Shown here piece after piece: positions 32,110 to 43,793 of a DNA stretch of 64,000 nt. This DNA is from Polyangiaceae bacterium. Its GTDB lineage: Bacteria; Myxococcota_A; Polyangia; Polyangiales; Polyangiaceae. The position numbers and the translations under genes are program-made. The stretch's first letter is position 1. Each line of letters starts with the position of its first letter. The stretch covers positions 11,776 to 75,775 of the forward strand of contig JBGANF010000026.1 in NCBI GenBank assembly GCA_044222475.1, written 5' to 3'. The notes beneath the pieces are model-generated. The model saw only the letters and a list, made by a program, of their open reading frames with translations. It was not told the DNA's origin and ran no database searches.

Positions 32110-33507
32110 TCAGTTGGCGCCCACGCGCTCGAGGCGCTCCTTCTCGAGGCAGGCGCCCGAGATCTTCCCGTCGCACGCCTTCTTGAGGAGCTCCTTGGCG
32201 CGCGGCACGTCCGCCGGCATCTTGCCCTGCCCCGTCTCGAGGATGATCGCGAGCGAGTAGCAGGCCGCCGCGTCGTTCGCCTTGCACTTCGCCTCGAACG
32301 ACTTCTTGATCGCCTCCCACTTGTCGGGCCAACCCGCTCGCGCGACCGGGACGAGCGCCAGACCGTTGCAGCCCGTGAACTCCTTCTCGTTGCAGGCGGC
32401 GGTGAACAGGGCCTCCGCTTTGTCGATGTCCTGAGGCACGCCGATCGCGGAGAGGTACGCGCGCCCGAGGTTCACGCAACCTTCGAGCACGTGGCCGTCG
32501 CAAGCGCGCTTGTAGAGCGTCACGACGTGCGCAGGTTCGCGCTGCTGGCGCTCGTACGTCATCCCGAGATCGCTGCAGCCGAGCAGGTTGCCGGCGTCGC
32601 AGGCCTTGGCGAAGCTCTCACCCGCCTTCACGTCGTCGGTCGGGCCGAGCAGCCCGTGCGCCCAGCAGAACCCTGCGCTGCGGCACCCATCGGCGTCGGC
32701 CAGATCGCACGCCTTCACGAACAGCTCGCAGCCGCGACGCTCGTCCTTCGGCACGTCTTTGCCGTGGTAGTAGAGGTCCGCGAGCGACGTGCAGCCGGTC
32801 GACTCGTCCTTCTTGCAGGCGCGCTCGAAGATCGCTGCGGCCCCGTCCGCGTCCGTCTCCGGCTTGCGCAACCCGCGCACGACGAGCATGCCGAGCACCA
32901 CGCAGCCGCCCTCTTCGCCAGCGTCGCACGCCTGCTTCGCGTAGCTCTCGGACTTGCCGGCATCGGCGGGGACGCTCGCGTACCCGCCGAGGTAGATGCG
33001 CGACAGGTTCACGCACGAGAACGCGTAGCCGGCCTTGCAAGCACGCTCGATCAGCGCGAGACCGCGCGGGACGTCCTGGGTCGCTCCGAAGCGCCCCCCG
33101 AGGTACATGCCTCCGAGGTTGCCACACGACTTCGCCGCGCCCCCGTCGCAGGCCTTGGTGAGGAGGGTGAGACCGGCCGGGAGGTCCGCGGGACCACCGA
33201 GGCCGAAGAGCCGAAGGATCCCCGAGCCGCCGCACGCACCCGTGTCGCCGAGATCGCACCCGTGATCGCAGAGCGCGCGCGCCTGCGTCGCGCGATCGAC
33301 CGGCAGCGTCTTGAGCGAGGCCTCGCTCCCGGACCCCACCTTCTCCCGGCAAGCATCCGCGCACGCGGCGCCGTCGCCGGCGATGCACTTCTCGTCGAGC
33401 GTGCGGGGCGGCGGCTTCGTGACCGTCGCGACGGTCGGAGCCGCCGTGGCACCGCCGCACGCGCACGCGAGCACGAAGAGCGCCGCGACGGCGCGACGGC
33501 CGATCAC
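32110..33507 (-). CDS. Sel1-like (Hcp-type) repeat lipoprotein
   Basis: GTG start overlaps hutH stop; LACAC lipobox; about 10 repeats of KACD.G...GC..LG..Y..G. Confidence 0.88.
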   Translation of the reverse strand: MIGRRAVAALFVLACACGGATAAPTVATVTKPPPRTLDEKCIAGDGAACADACREKVGSGSEASLKTLPVDRATQARALCDHGCDLGDTGACGGSGILRLFGLGGPADLPAGLTLLTKACDGGAAKSCGNLGGMYLGGRFGATQDVPRGLALIERACKAGYAFSCVNLSRIYLGGYASVPADAGKSESYAKQACDAGEEGGCVVLGMLVVRGLRKPETDADGAAAIFERACKKDESTGCTSLADLYYHGKDVPKDERRGCELFVKACDLADADGCRSAGFCWAHGLLGPTDDVKAGESFAKACDAGNLLGCSDLGMTYERQQREPAHVVTLYKRACDGHVLEGCVNLGRAYLSAIGVPQDIDKAEALFTAACNEKEFTGCNGLALVPVARAGWPDKWEAIKKSFEAKCKANDAAACYSLAIILETGQGKMPADVPRAKELLKKACDGKISGACLEKERLERVGAN

Positions 33508-35114
33508 GCGAGCGCTCCGACCGCGGCTTCGACCGCGCGAACGAGGGCGCCGCTCTCGATGAGCGCCCCCACCGCCTCGATGTCCTTGTAGAGTACACGG
33601 TCTTCCGTCATCGGGGCGACGACCTCGCGCACGGCGGCGAGCGCGGCGCGGACGCCCTTGCTCGGCGCGAGCGGCCGACGCTGATCGAGCCCCGCGGCCG
33701 CCGTCATGATCTCGATCGCGAGCCCGTGGCGCACGTTGCGGATGACGTGGCGCAGCTTGAGCGCGCTCACGCTGCCCATGCTGACGTGGTCTTCCTTGCC
33801 GGCCGACGACGGGATCGAGTCGACGCTGGCGGGGTGGCAGTAGATCTTGTTCTCGCTCACCAGCGACGCAGCGGCGACCTGGGCGATCATGAAGCCGGAG
33901 TGGAGACCGCTCTTCCCTTCGCCCGACGGCGCGAGGAACGGCGTGAGCCCGGTCGACAGCGCGGGGTTCACGAGCTGCTCGACGCGCCGCTCGCTGATGT
34001 TGGCGAGCTCGGCGGTCGCGATCGCCGCGAAGTCCAGGGCGAGCGCGAGCGGCTGCCCGTGGAAGTTCCCGCCGCTCAGCAGATCCGCTTCGGCGTTCGG
34101 CACGAGGAACACGCTCGGGTTGTCGGTCACGCTGTTGATCTCGCAGCCGAGCACCGAGCTCGCATAGCCGAGCGCGTCGCGGGTCGCGCCGTGCACCTGC
34201 GGCATGCAGCGCAGGCTGTACGCGTCCTGGACCTTGCCGCAGTGGCGGTGGCTCTCCATGATTTCGCTCTCGGCCAGGAGGGCGCGCAGGTTCGCGGCGA
34301 CGACCGCCTGACCGGGGTGCGGACGGACGGACTGCAGCCGAGCATCGAACGGGGTCTTCGTGCCCTTCAGCGCCTCCAGGCTCATCGCGCCGGCGATGTC
34401 GGCGACGGTGCTCAAGCGGCCGGCCTCGAGCACGGCGAGCGTGCCGAGCGACGCCATGAGCTGCGTCCCGTTGATGAGCGCGAGGCCCTCCTTGGCCTCC
34501 AGGACGATCGGCGCGATCCCCGCCTCGTCGAGGACCTCGCGCGCCGCGCGGAACGCGAGCGGCGCCGTCGTGAGCGCTTTCGGATCGACGCGAGCCGCCT
34601 CGCCTTCGCCGATGAGGACCAGCGCCAAGTGGGCGAGCGGCGCGAGATCGCCCGAGGCCCCGACGGAGCCTTGCGACGGGATCCGCGGGACGACGCCCCG
34701 CTCGAGCATCTCGATCAGCCGATCGAGCACGATCTCGCGGACCCCCGAAGCCCCCAGCGCGAGCACCTGCGCGCGCAAGAGGATCATGCCCCGGACCTCG
34801 GCCGCGCCGAGCGCCGGGCCGATGCCGGTGGAGTGCGACCGCACGAGGTTCCGCTGGAGGACGCGGATGTCGTCCTCGCCGATCCGGGTCTCGCTCAGGG
34901 CGCCGAAGCCGGTGTTCACGCCATAGACGTTCGGCGCGCGATCGCCCGCGGCGGCGATGAGATCGATCGCCGCGCGCGACGCGCGCACCTTCGCGCGGGC
35001 CTCGTCGTCGAGCCGGACGGCGCGACCGCGAATCGCCACGTCCTCCAGCGACTGCAAGGTGAGGGCGAGGGCGGAGCCGCCTCCGGACCGTCCCAGAAAA
35101 ACGGGCGTTTCCAT
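33504..35114 (-). CDS. hutH: Histidine ammonia-lyase
   Basis: [17 protein letters not shown] (SH, histidine-type), [14 protein letters not shown] (MIO), [25 protein letters not shown]. Confidence 0.95.
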   Translation of the reverse strand: METPVFLGRSGGGSALALTLQSLEDVAIRGRAVRLDDEARAKVRASRAAIDLIAAAGDRAPNVYGVNTGFGALSETRIGEDDIRVLQRNLVRSHSTGIGPALGAAEVRGMILLRAQVLALGASGVREIVLDRLIEMLERGVVPRIPSQGSVGASGDLAPLAHLALVLIGEGEAARVDPKALTTAPLAFRAAREVLDEAGIAPIVLEAKEGLALINGTQLMASLGTLAVLEAGRLSTVADIAGAMSLEALKGTKTPFDARLQSVRPHPGQAVVAANLRALLAESEIMESHRHCGKVQDAYSLRCMPQVHGATRDALGYASSVLGCEINSVTDNPSVFLVPNAEADLLSGGNFHGQPLALALDFAAIATAELANISERRVEQLVNPALSTGLTPFLAPSGEGKSGLHSGFMIAQVAAASLVSENKIYCHPASVDSIPSSAGKEDHVSMGSVSALKLRHVIRNVRHGLAIEIMTAAAGLDQRRPLAPSKGVRAALAAVREVVAPMTEDRVLYKDIEAVGALIESGALVRAVEAAVGALA

Positions 35115-35164
35115 GCCGAGGCGTATAGCAAAGGATCGGAGGGCGCGGGTATGCTGCGCGGCCA

Positions 35165-36883
35165 ATGGCTGCCCATCGCCTCGCCCTCCTGCCGGCGTTC
35201 GTCCTTCTGTTCGCGCCCTCCATCGCGCGCGCCGAAGACCCGACCGAGCCACCGGCCGTCCCCGAAGACCTCCCGCGCCTCGTCCTCGACACCGGCCGCA
35301 TCCCCAAGCCCAAGGTCGACCCGAACTACCTGAGGTTTCACCTGCGCGGCGAGGTGCAGCTCCGCGGACAGGTCATGCGGAGCTTTCCGCTCGACGTGAG
35401 CGCGACGACCATCGGCACGAACCCGGGAGCCATCGCGGACTCGCTCGGCCAGAACGCCTTCGTGACCACCTGGATCCGGCTCACGCCCGAGCTCACCTGG
35501 CGCGACAAGCTCCGCTTCGTCAGCCAGATCGATCTTCTGCAGGGCTACGTCTTCGGACAGACCACCCACGACGTGACGGCCGACCAGTTCCCACGCGACA
35601 ACGGGGGCGACGCCTGGACCTACGTGCGTCTGCGCTGGCTGTACGGCGAGTGGCGCAGCCCCATCGGGCTGTTCCGCCTCGGCCAGTTCGGCAACCACTG
35701 GGGCATGGGCATCCTGGCGAACGACGGCGACCGTCCGCCGCTCTTCGGCGACTACCGCGGCGGAAACATCCAAGAGCAGATCCTCTTCGCCACGAAGCCC
35801 GCCGGCGAAACGAGCCCGTTCATCCTCGCCGCCGGCTTCAGCATGGTCTACCAGGACTCGATCGCGCGGCTCACCCGCGGCGACATCGCGTTCCAGGGCG
35901 TCCTGTCCGGCTTCTACGAGAAGGGGCTCAACCAGCTCGGAGTGTTCAGCGTCCTCCGCAGCCAGAGCACGGCGAAGGAGTCCGGCGCGGCGATCAACAG
36001 CTACGACGACGACATCGTCATCGGCGCGATCGACGTCGCGGGGAAATTCGCCACACCGGTGCCAGGAAACGAGGACACGTTCCTCTTCGGCGCTGCCGAA
36101 GGCGCGGTCATCCTCGGCTCGACGAACGTGCTGCGCACCCAGGACCAAGCGGCGACCGGCAGCCGCACCGCGATCCGCTCGTACGGCGGCGCCGCCGCCA
36201 TCGGGTTCGTTCACCGCAAGTCGTGCTCGTGCGGCGTCAGCAAGGCGACCGGCGCGACCGGCCCCACGCCACTCGGCCCCCCCGACGCGCCGAACACCTT
36301 CGGAAGCGTCGTCGCCCAGCTCGAGGTCGGCTACGCCAGCGGCGACGCCAACCCCTACGACGACGTGAACCGACGCTTCACGTTCGATCCGAATCACCGC
36401 ATAGGTCTTCTACTTTTCGACGAGGTCATGCGCTGGCAAACGGCCCGCGCGTCGACCGCGGCGCAGGACCCGCTCCTCACCAACGGCTCGCGCCCGCCGC
36501 CCGGCGTCAACCTCCTCCCCTCGAACGGAGGCGTGTTCGGCGCGACCTACATCAACCCGACGTTCATCTACCGGCCCCTCCCGGTGCTCGACCTCAAGGC
36601 CGGCGCCGTCATGGCCCAGGCCACCGCCGACGTCGTCGACCCGTACCGACTTGGTACACAGGGCGCCTACGTCAACTACCGCGGCGGCGATCCCAAGCGA
36701 CACGACCTCGGGCTCGAGCTCGACCTCGGCGTCGAGGGTCGCATCAAGCTCGACAACAACCTGCGTTTGCAGCTCGGCGCGCAGGGCGCCATCCTCTTCC
36801 CTGGCGGCGCTCTCGCCGACGCTTCGGGCGAGACGATGAAGACTCCTTGGCTCGTCACCGGCCGCGTCGGCCTGCAGTTCTGA
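35165..36883 (+). CDS. Predicted outer-membrane beta-barrel protein
   Basis: Sec signal (APSIARA), amphipathic beta strands, [27 protein letters not shown]-terminal ...RVGLQF BAM-type motif. Confidence 0.8.
   Translation: MAAHRLALLPAFVLLFAPSIARAEDPTEPPAVPEDLPRLVLDTGRIPKPKVDPNYLRFHLRGEVQLRGQVMRSFPLDVSATTIGTNPGAIADSLGQNAFVTTWIRLTPELTWRDKLRFVSQIDLLQGYVFGQTTHDVTADQFPRDNGGDAWTYVRLRWLYGEWRSPIGLFRLGQFGNHWGMGILANDGDRPPLFGDYRGGNIQEQILFATKPAGETSPFILAAGFSMVYQDSIARLTRGDIAFQGVLSGFYEKGLNQLGVFSVLRSQSTAKESGAAINSYDDDIVIGAIDVAGKFATPVPGNEDTFLFGAAEGAVILGSTNVLRTQDQAATGSRTAIRSYGGAAAIGFVHRKSCSCGVSKATGATGPTPLGPPDAPNTFGSVVAQLEVGYASGDANPYDDVNRRFTFDPNHRIGLLLFDEVMRWQTARASTAAQDPLLTNGSRPPPGVNLLPSNGGVFGATYINPTFIYRPLPVLDLKAGAVMAQATADVVDPYRLGTQGAYVNYRGGDPKRHDLGLELDLGVEGRIKLDNNLRLQLGAQGAILFPGGALADASGETMKTPWLVTGRVGLQF
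36643..36657. repeat. Dispersed palindrome GTMCC-N5-GGKAC, copy 9
   Basis: GTACC GACTT GGTAC inside barrel CDS. Confidence 0.8.
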
Positions 36884-36894
36884 GGACACGCGAC

Positions 36895-39800
36895 ATGAAA
36901 CGACTCACCCTCCCCCTCCTCCTCGCGCCGATCGCGCTCGGCGCGCTCCAAGCGTGCGGGCTCGACACGATCCCGAACGATCTCCGCAGCACCCCGCCCG
37001 GCCCCGGCGCCAAGGTCATCTGGGACGCGACCGCTCGCCCCCTGCCGGAGGTTCCGCTCCCGAACGACGTCGCCACCTTCCCCGACCCCACGAGCCGCAC
37101 CGGGCGCCGCATCAACGCGTCGCTCATCGGCGACACCAACTTCGAGCGGGTGGCGCGCTCCGGCTTCGCCGATCTCGAGGGTTGGGGCACCTTCGCGCCG
37201 CTCTCGGTCCGGTTCACCAAGCCCGAAGGCGCAGACCCGCACCTCCCCGCGCTCGATCTCGACAACATCCAGGGCCGCATGGGGAACGACGGCTACGCCT
37301 TCGAGGACGACCCGATCTACGTGATCGACATGAACACCGGCATCCCGGCGGTGCTCGACGTCGGCGCGGGGAACTTCCCGTTCAACATCAAGGACCGCGA
37401 TCGCTACTGGCCGAGCGACCCGCACATCGCATCGCAGACGCTCGTCTTCGAGGACCGCGAAGAGGGCGCCGGTCTCCTGCCCGGCGACTACAGCCCGGAC
37501 CTCGACACCGACTACGACGGCGTCCTCGATCACCCGAACACGTGGGGTCCGCTTCCGCCCGGCGGCGTTCCCGGCATCGACAACCTCCTCACCTGGTACG
37601 AGCGCGAGACCGACACGCTGATCTTCCGGCCCCTCCTGCCGCTCAAGGAGAAGACCGAGTACGCGGTGCTCCTCACCGACCGCCTCCGCGGCAGCGACGG
37701 CAACCCGATCAAGAGCTCGTTCCCGACCGTGTACCACCCGCAGCAGCGCCCAGGTGCAGCTCGGGTCGCGCAGCTCCTCAACGACAAGAGCCGGGCGAAC
37801 TACTACGGAGACATGGCCGGCACCGGGCTGGACCACGTCGCGTTCATGTGGACGTTCACCACGCAGCCGGTGCTCGAGGACATGGTCCTCCTCCGCGACG
37901 GGCTCTACGGGGTCGGCCCGTTCGCCCGCTTCGCCACCCAGTTCCCGCCGAAGGTGACGATGCTCCGCGCCGCGGGCAAGGTGCCGGGGAGCGATCAGCC
38001 CGCGGGCTGGGAGAACGACCCCGTCTGCAAGACCCGCGCGGCGAAGCCCTACTGCGTCTACCTCAACGATCCCGACGTCCGCGAGAGCTTCATCAAGCTC
38101 TACAAAGAGGTGTTCGGCTACAACCGCGGCGAGCAGATCGCGCTCGACGAGGCGAACTCCAACATCGACCACGTGACGGTCGGCACCTTCAAGTCGCCAT
38201 ACCTCCAGGGCGATCCCAAGGGTCAGGATCCCGACGCCCGCTTCCACCTCAACTTCAAGACCGGCGAGGGCAACGTCACCGAGGACACGGTGAGCTTCTG
38301 GGTCGCGGTCCCGAAGAACACCGCCCGCTTCAAGCAGCCGTTCCCGGTGGCGCTCTTCGGCCACGGCGTCGGCGGCAACGCCTCCGAGTCGCTCGCGCAC
38401 GGCGGAAACTACGCGCGCAACGGCCTCGCGACGGTCACCATCAACATGCCGCAGCATGGCCTGCCCGATCTGCCCGACGTCCGCGTACCCGCGACCGCCG
38501 AGCTCTCGGCGCGCTGCCTCGTGCCTTGGGTGGACGCCATCCTCAACACCCGCGCCATGGACCGCAACGGTGACGGCCAGCAGGAGCCGGGCTGGTGGTG
38601 GTGGTCGAGCCACATCACCAACGTCCGCGACAACGTCCGCCAGGGCACGCTCGATGAGATGCAGTTTACACGCATCTTGCGGACCTTCGACGGCAAGACG
38701 ATGAGCGGCCAGGACTACAACGGCGACGGCAAGGAAGACCTCGCCGGCGACTTCGACGGCGACGGCACGCCCGACATCGGCGGACCGAACGTCCCCATCC
38801 TCGCGGCCGGCGAGTCGCTCGGCGGCATCATGAGCGAGATCCACGGCGGCATCGACCACCAGATCTCGGCGACCGCGCCGATGTCCGGCGGCGCAGGCCT
38901 CACCGACATCGGGCTGCGTTCGTACGGCGTCACCGACGCGCTCAGCCAGCTCCAGAGCCCGCTCATCATCTCGCTACCCGCGAGCGACCGCGCCCCCAAG
39001 AGCAACGGCGACAAGCGGACCAACTGCGCGCCGGACCAGAGGAGCATCCGCTTCTTCGGTTGGGACGGCGACGACATGGTCGAGGTCGAGCTCGCGTGCC
39101 TGTCCTCCGGTGAGCTCGACAAGGACATGACCGTCGTCGTGACGAACCTCACGAACGGCGAGGTGCACTGCTCCGGCACGCTCGACTCCGGCCGGTTCCG
39201 CGTCCCGATCGGAGCGTCGATCGGCGACCGCCTCGACGTGCAGGTGTTCCGCACCAAGCACGCCGTCGAGTCGTACGGCAGCTGCAAGGTCAAGCCGGAC
39301 GCGGTGCCCGGACGCGCCATCCGCACCTTCGAGCAAAAGGCGCCGAAGTACACCAACGTCTCCAGCCTCTACACGCCCTGCCCGGACTCCGCGACCGACG
39401 GCTGCGCCCAGTTCATGTACCGGTTCTATCCGGTGGGGTCGCCGCTCGTCGCCCCGCAGGAGGGGCTGGGCTACCAGCGCAACACGCCGCGCTTCCGCCG
39501 CTTCTGGCAGCTCGGCCAGGTGGGCGTCGAGGCCGCGGACCCGGCGAACTTCGCGCCGTACTACATGATGCGGCCGCTGCCGAAGCCCGACGGGACCCCC
39601 GCGGGTCCGCACGCGCTCCTCAGCATCAACACCGTCGGCGACGGCTTCGTCAACGTCGCGACCGGCATCGCGTTCGCGCGCGCCGCCGGTGCCGTACCGT
39701 TCTTCCCGCCGCAAGCGCTCGGGAAGTACCCCGAGTACGCGGACTACGTGACGCCCCAGGCTCTCTACGCGCAGCTCGGCAACAAGACGCCGAACCAAGT

Positions 39801-40341
39801 GCTCATCGACTACCACGCGATCGAAGGCGTCGCGCGCCTCAACCGCCATCCGGCCGGGCCCACCTGCGCCAACAACTACGACAACTCCGATCCCGTCCTG
39901 TGTCCCGGCTCGACGACCCTCGACCCGGCGACCTGCGAAGCCGTCATGGCCGACGTCGACTGGCTCTCGGAGGGTCGCCAGCGGTACGACCAGCAACACC
40001 CTGCGTCGCCGCTCCGCCTCGCGCGCGTCGCCGGCCTGCACGCCACCAGCGCGGGCACGCTCGCGCAAGCGTGGGCACCCCGCATCCTCGGTGCTCCGTT
40101 CGGAGCCGACGGTGCGTGGGCCGGCGCCGAGCCACTCGTCGCGATGATCAACGTCTACCTGCGGCCCGGAGGAGCGCACACCTGGGAGACCGGAGACGCA
40201 TGCCGCTTGTGGGATCACGCCACCTACGGCGGCAACATGGCCGGGCGATTCCTGGTCACGAACGGCAAGGACCTCTACTACCTCACCCACCCGCAGAACC
40301 ACGAGTGCCTCGAGTCACTCGACTGTCCGTTCTACAAGTGA
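36895..40341 (+). CDS. Giant (about 1150 aa) alpha/beta-hydrolase lipoprotein, paralog 1
   Basis: Lipobox LQAC; PLPND N-domain; FGHG; G-E-S-L-G nucleophile elbow; DxDGDG loops; candidate Asp (GDGFV) and His (GAHTW). Confidence 0.8.
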   Translation: MKRLTLPLLLAPIALGALQACGLDTIPNDLRSTPPGPGAKVIWDATARPLPEVPLPNDVATFPDPTSRTGRRINASLIGDTNFERVARSGFADLEGWGTFAPLSVRFTKPEGADPHLPALDLDNIQGRMGNDGYAFEDDPIYVIDMNTGIPAVLDVGAGNFPFNIKDRDRYWPSDPHIASQTLVFEDREEGAGLLPGDYSPDLDTDYDGVLDHPNTWGPLPPGGVPGIDNLLTWYERETDTLIFRPLLPLKEKTEYAVLLTDRLRGSDGNPIKSSFPTVYHPQQRPGAARVAQLLNDKSRANYYGDMAGTGLDHVAFMWTFTTQPVLEDMVLLRDGLYGVGPFARFATQFPPKVTMLRAAGKVPGSDQPAGWENDPVCKTRAAKPYCVYLNDPDVRESFIKLYKEVFGYNRGEQIALDEANSNIDHVTVGTFKSPYLQGDPKGQDPDARFHLNFKTGEGNVTEDTVSFWVAVPKNTARFKQPFPVALFGHGVGGNASESLAHGGNYARNGLATVTINMPQHGLPDLPDVRVPATAELSARCLVPWVDAILNTRAMDRNGDGQQEPGWWWWSSHITNVRDNVRQGTLDEMQFTRILRTFDGKTMSGQDYNGDGKEDLAGDFDGDGTPDIGGPNVPILAAGESLGGIMSEIHGGIDHQISATAPMSGGAGLTDIGLRSYGVTDALSQLQSPLIISLPASDRAPKSNGDKRTNCAPDQRSIRFFGWDGDDMVEVELACLSSGELDKDMTVVVTNLTNGEVHCSGTLDSGRFRVPIGASIGDRLDVQVFRTKHAVESYGSCKVKPDAVPGRAIRTFEQKAPKYTNVSSLYTPCPDSATDGCAQFMYRFYPVGSPLVAPQEGLGYQRNTPRFRRFWQLGQVGVEAADPANFAPYYMMRPLPKPDGTPAGPHALLSINTVGDGFVNVATGIAFARAAGAVPFFPPQALGKYPEYADYVTPQALYAQLGNKTPNQVLIDYHAIEGVARLNRHPAGPTCANNYDNSDPVLCPGSTTLDPATCEAVMADVDWLSEGRQRYDQQHPASPLRLARVAGLHATSAGTLAQAWAPRILGAPFGADGAWAGAEPLVAMINVYLRPGGAHTWETGDACRLWDHATYGGNMAGRFLVTNGKDLYYLTHPQNHECLESLDCPFYK

Positions 40342-40349
40342 GCAAAAGC

Positions 40350-43300
40350 ATGCATTCTGCACGCAGTCGCTCGACGCGACTCGGCTTCCTGGCGACGATC
40401 GGCTTCGTCGCGTTCGCCGCGTCCTGCGGCGACGAGGCCCCCGACGGGCTCTTCCCTACCCCCGCCGGTGACGGCCCCCGAGTCGTCTTCGAGGTCGCGC
40501 ATCGGCCCCTCCCCGAGATCCCGGTGCCGAACGACGTCGCGACGTTCGCCGACCCGACGAGCCGCACCGGCCGGCGGATCAACGTGAGCCTCGTCGCCCC
40601 GACCGAGCTCGAGCGCTCCGCGCGCGAGGGCTTCGCGGAGATCGAGGGCTGGGGCACCTTCGCCCCGATCAGCGTCGCGTTCACCCCCGGCGCCGGCGCG
40701 GGTCCGACCGAAGCGGCGATCGATCTCGATCGCGTGCGCGCGACGATGGTAGGCGACGAGTGGGACACGAGCGACGACCCCGTCTACGTCATCAACCTCA
40801 CCACCGGCGTCCCGGTCCTGCTCGACATGGGCGCCGGCAATTTCCCGACGACCATTCGCGATCGCGATCGCTACTACGCGAACGATCCCCGCGCCGCCGA
40901 GAACAACACGCTGTTCGAGACCGTCGAAGAAGGCGCCGGCCTCGGCCAAGCCGACTACCAACCCAAGCTCGACACCGACTTCGACGGGATCCTCGATCAC
41001 CCGAACACGCTCCCGAGGCCCGGCGCGACCCCGGGCGTCGACGACGTGATGAACTGGTTCGAGCGGCAGACGAACACGCTCATCATGCGACCGGTCCTCC
41101 CGATGGACGAGAAGACGGAGTACGCCGTCGTCTTGACCGACCGCCTCGTCGACGCGCGCGGCAAACCCGTCCGCTCGCCGTTCCCGTTCATCCATCACCC
41201 GCAACAGCGTGCGGCGATGCTTCGCGTCCAGCGCATCCTCGGCGACGGCACCCGATCGCACTATTTCGGAGACGTCGCCGGCACCGGCCTCGCGCGCGTC
41301 GCCTTCGCGTGGTCGTTCACGACTGGCCCGGCCGCGGAGGACCTGCGGCTCCTTCGCGATGGGCTCCACGGCGCCGGCCCGTTCGCCCGGCTCGCGAACG
41401 ACTATCCCCCGACGGCGACTGCGTTCCGCGCAGCCGGTCTCCTCAAGGATCCCTCGGAGGACTCCCCGTCGTGGAAGGCCGACCCGAAGTGCCAAGCCGT
41501 CTCGCAGACGCCGTTCGTCGTGAAGGTCGATCAGGTCAAGTCGACGCTCACCGATCTCCTGACCCGCGTGTTTCCGGTGAGCGGCCCCGAGGGGCGCGCT
41601 CTCTTGGACTCGCTCGACTCGGTCGATCACTTCGTGCTCGGCAGCTATCCGGTCGCGTACTTCCTCGGGAGCGATCCGCTCCACGAGAACCCGTTCGAGC
41701 ACTTCCAGCTGAACTACAAGACCGGCGAAGGGCGCGTCGTCCGCGACGTCGGGCATTTCTGGCTGTCGGTGCCCAAGGCGAAGGGCACCTTCAAGCAACC
41801 GTTCGACACGGTGGTGTGGGGCCACGGCACGACGCTCAACGCCGCCGAGACGATCATCCGCGCAGGCTATTTCGCGAAGCACGGGCTCGCGACGTTCGGG
41901 TTCGACGGTCCCGGGCACGGTCTCGTCCTCGATCAAGGCCTCAAGGTCATCGCCGAAGGGCTCCTCTACAATGCGTGCCTCGTCCCGTGGGTCCAAGGGC
42001 TCACCGCCGGCCGCGCGCACGACATCGACGGCGACGGCACGCCCGACTCGGGCGGATTGTTGTGGACTGCACACATCTTCCACTCGCGCGACAACATCCG
42101 GCAGACCGTCACCGACGGACTCCAAGCTTCGCGAGTTCTCCGCGCCTTCGACGGGCGCATGGGCACGCAAGACCTCAACGACGACGGCAAGCCCGAGCTG
42201 AACGGCGACTTCGACCTCGACGGCGTCCCCGACGTCGGCGGCAAGGACGCGCGCATCTTCAGCTCCGGTGACTCGTATGGCGGGATCTTCGCTCAGATCC
42301 ACGCGGCGATCGATCCGAACGTCACCGCCGGCGTCGCGATCTCCGGCGGCGGAGGACTGACCGACGTCGCAGCGCGGTCGTATGGCGTCGTCGACTCGGT
42401 CGTCCAGCAGACCATCACGCCCCTCGTCGTCGCGGTGCCGGCGAGCTCGCGGTCCACCGACAAGAAACCCGGCGCCACGCTGTGCACCGCCGACCAGCGG
42501 AGCGTGCGCGTCATCGTCAACGACCTGACCGACTCGCGCGAGATCGAGGTCGCCTGCCTCGGAGCCACCGAGCTCGACGATCAGAGCACGGTCGTCGTGC
42601 GCAACCTCGAGTCGGGTGAGGTCCGATGCGGCGGTACCGGCACCGAAGCGCGCTTCCGCGTGCCGATCCCGGCGACCGCTGGCGATCGCATCCGCATCGA
42701 GGTCGCTCGACTGCCTCATGCCGTCGAGAGCTACGGCACGTGCGTGTGGCGCGACGGGGTGAACCCCAGCCGCATCATCGACACGTTCGAGAAGCCGGCA
42801 GCGGCGTACCGCGCCGTCGGCGACGCCAGCGCGACGTGCGACAGCCCAGCGGGGTGCCAGCAGTATCGAAACCTCTTCTTCCCGGTGGGCGCTCCGCTCG
42901 TGTCACCCCAAGGCGGGCTCGCGCTGCGGCGTCAGTCGCCCGAGCTTCGGCGCCTGCTCCAGCTGTCGCAGACTGCGCTCGAGAGCGGCGACCCCATCAA
43001 CTTCGCGCCGCTCTACATGCTGCGGCCGAACCCGCTGCCGTCCGGGCAACCGGCGCCGCCGAAGGGGTTCATCGGCGCCAACACGGTGGCCGACGGCTTC
43101 GTCGTCGTCGCGACCGGACACGCCTTCACCCGCGCGATGGGTGCTCTCCCCTTCCTCGCGCCGTGGGCGCTCTCGCGCATGCCCGACTACGCCGACTACG
43201 CGACGCCGGCGAGCCTCTACGCGGCGTTCGGCGCGAAGACCCCCAACCAACTGTTGATCGACAACTACGCCATCGAGGCGATAGCGCGCCTGCGCCGCGT

Positions 43301-43787
43301 GCCGGCCGACTCGTCGTGTGGACCGAACTACCGCGTCAACGCGGAGTGTCCGACGAAGCCGGCGGTGAACCCCGCCGTGTGCGAGCAGACCGTCTACGAT
43401 CCCGATTGGCACTCCGAGGGAAAGAACCTGTTCGGCGCGCAGCACCCCGTCTCCCCGTTGCGCCTCGCCCGGCGGGCCACCGTGCGCGTGCGAGCCCCCG
43501 GTGATCTCGAAGCGACGTGGCAGCCACGGATCGAAGGTGCCCCCTTCGGCGTGGACGACGCGTACAAGCCGGTCGATCCGCTCGTCGGGCTCATGGACGC
43601 GTACGTCGCGCCGCTCGGAGAGCACGTGTGGATCAACGAGAACCCGTGCAAGAACTGGGACGAGGCCGTGTACTACGATCACGTGACCGGCCGGTTCTTC
43701 GGCAGCGGCGGGACCGATTTGTATTTCTTGTCCCACCCGGCGACGCACCAGTGCATGGCCGATCAGTCCTGTGCGTTTCTCAAGTGA
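40350..43787 (+). CDS. Giant alpha/beta-hydrolase lipoprotein, paralog 2 (alternative GTG start at 40338)
   Basis: Lipobox AASC; WGHG; G-D-S-Y-G elbow; ADGFV and GEHVW; colinear with paralog 1. Confidence 0.8.
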   Translation: MHSARSRSTRLGFLATIGFVAFAASCGDEAPDGLFPTPAGDGPRVVFEVAHRPLPEIPVPNDVATFADPTSRTGRRINVSLVAPTELERSAREGFAEIEGWGTFAPISVAFTPGAGAGPTEAAIDLDRVRATMVGDEWDTSDDPVYVINLTTGVPVLLDMGAGNFPTTIRDRDRYYANDPRAAENNTLFETVEEGAGLGQADYQPKLDTDFDGILDHPNTLPRPGATPGVDDVMNWFERQTNTLIMRPVLPMDEKTEYAVVLTDRLVDARGKPVRSPFPFIHHPQQRAAMLRVQRILGDGTRSHYFGDVAGTGLARVAFAWSFTTGPAAEDLRLLRDGLHGAGPFARLANDYPPTATAFRAAGLLKDPSEDSPSWKADPKCQAVSQTPFVVKVDQVKSTLTDLLTRVFPVSGPEGRALLDSLDSVDHFVLGSYPVAYFLGSDPLHENPFEHFQLNYKTGEGRVVRDVGHFWLSVPKAKGTFKQPFDTVVWGHGTTLNAAETIIRAGYFAKHGLATFGFDGPGHGLVLDQGLKVIAEGLLYNACLVPWVQGLTAGRAHDIDGDGTPDSGGLLWTAHIFHSRDNIRQTVTDGLQASRVLRAFDGRMGTQDLNDDGKPELNGDFDLDGVPDVGGKDARIFSSGDSYGGIFAQIHAAIDPNVTAGVAISGGGGLTDVAARSYGVVDSVVQQTITPLVVAVPASSRSTDKKPGATLCTADQRSVRVIVNDLTDSREIEVACLGATELDDQSTVVVRNLESGEVRCGGTGTEARFRVPIPATAGDRIRIEVARLPHAVESYGTCVWRDGVNPSRIIDTFEKPAAAYRAVGDASATCDSPAGCQQYRNLFFPVGAPLVSPQGGLALRRQSPELRRLLQLSQTALESGDPINFAPLYMLRPNPLPSGQPAPPKGFIGANTVADGFVVVATGHAFTRAMGALPFLAPWALSRMPDYADYATPASLYAAFGAKTPNQLLIDNYAIEAIARLRRVPADSSCGPNYRVNAECPTKPAVNPAVCEQTVYDPDWHSEGKNLFGAQHPVSPLRLARRATVRVRAPGDLEATWQPRIEGAPFGVDDAYKPVDPLVGLMDAYVAPLGEHVWINENPCKNWDEAVYYDHVTGRFFGSGGTDLYFLSHPATHQCMADQSCAFLK

Positions 43788-43793
43788 CTGCGG

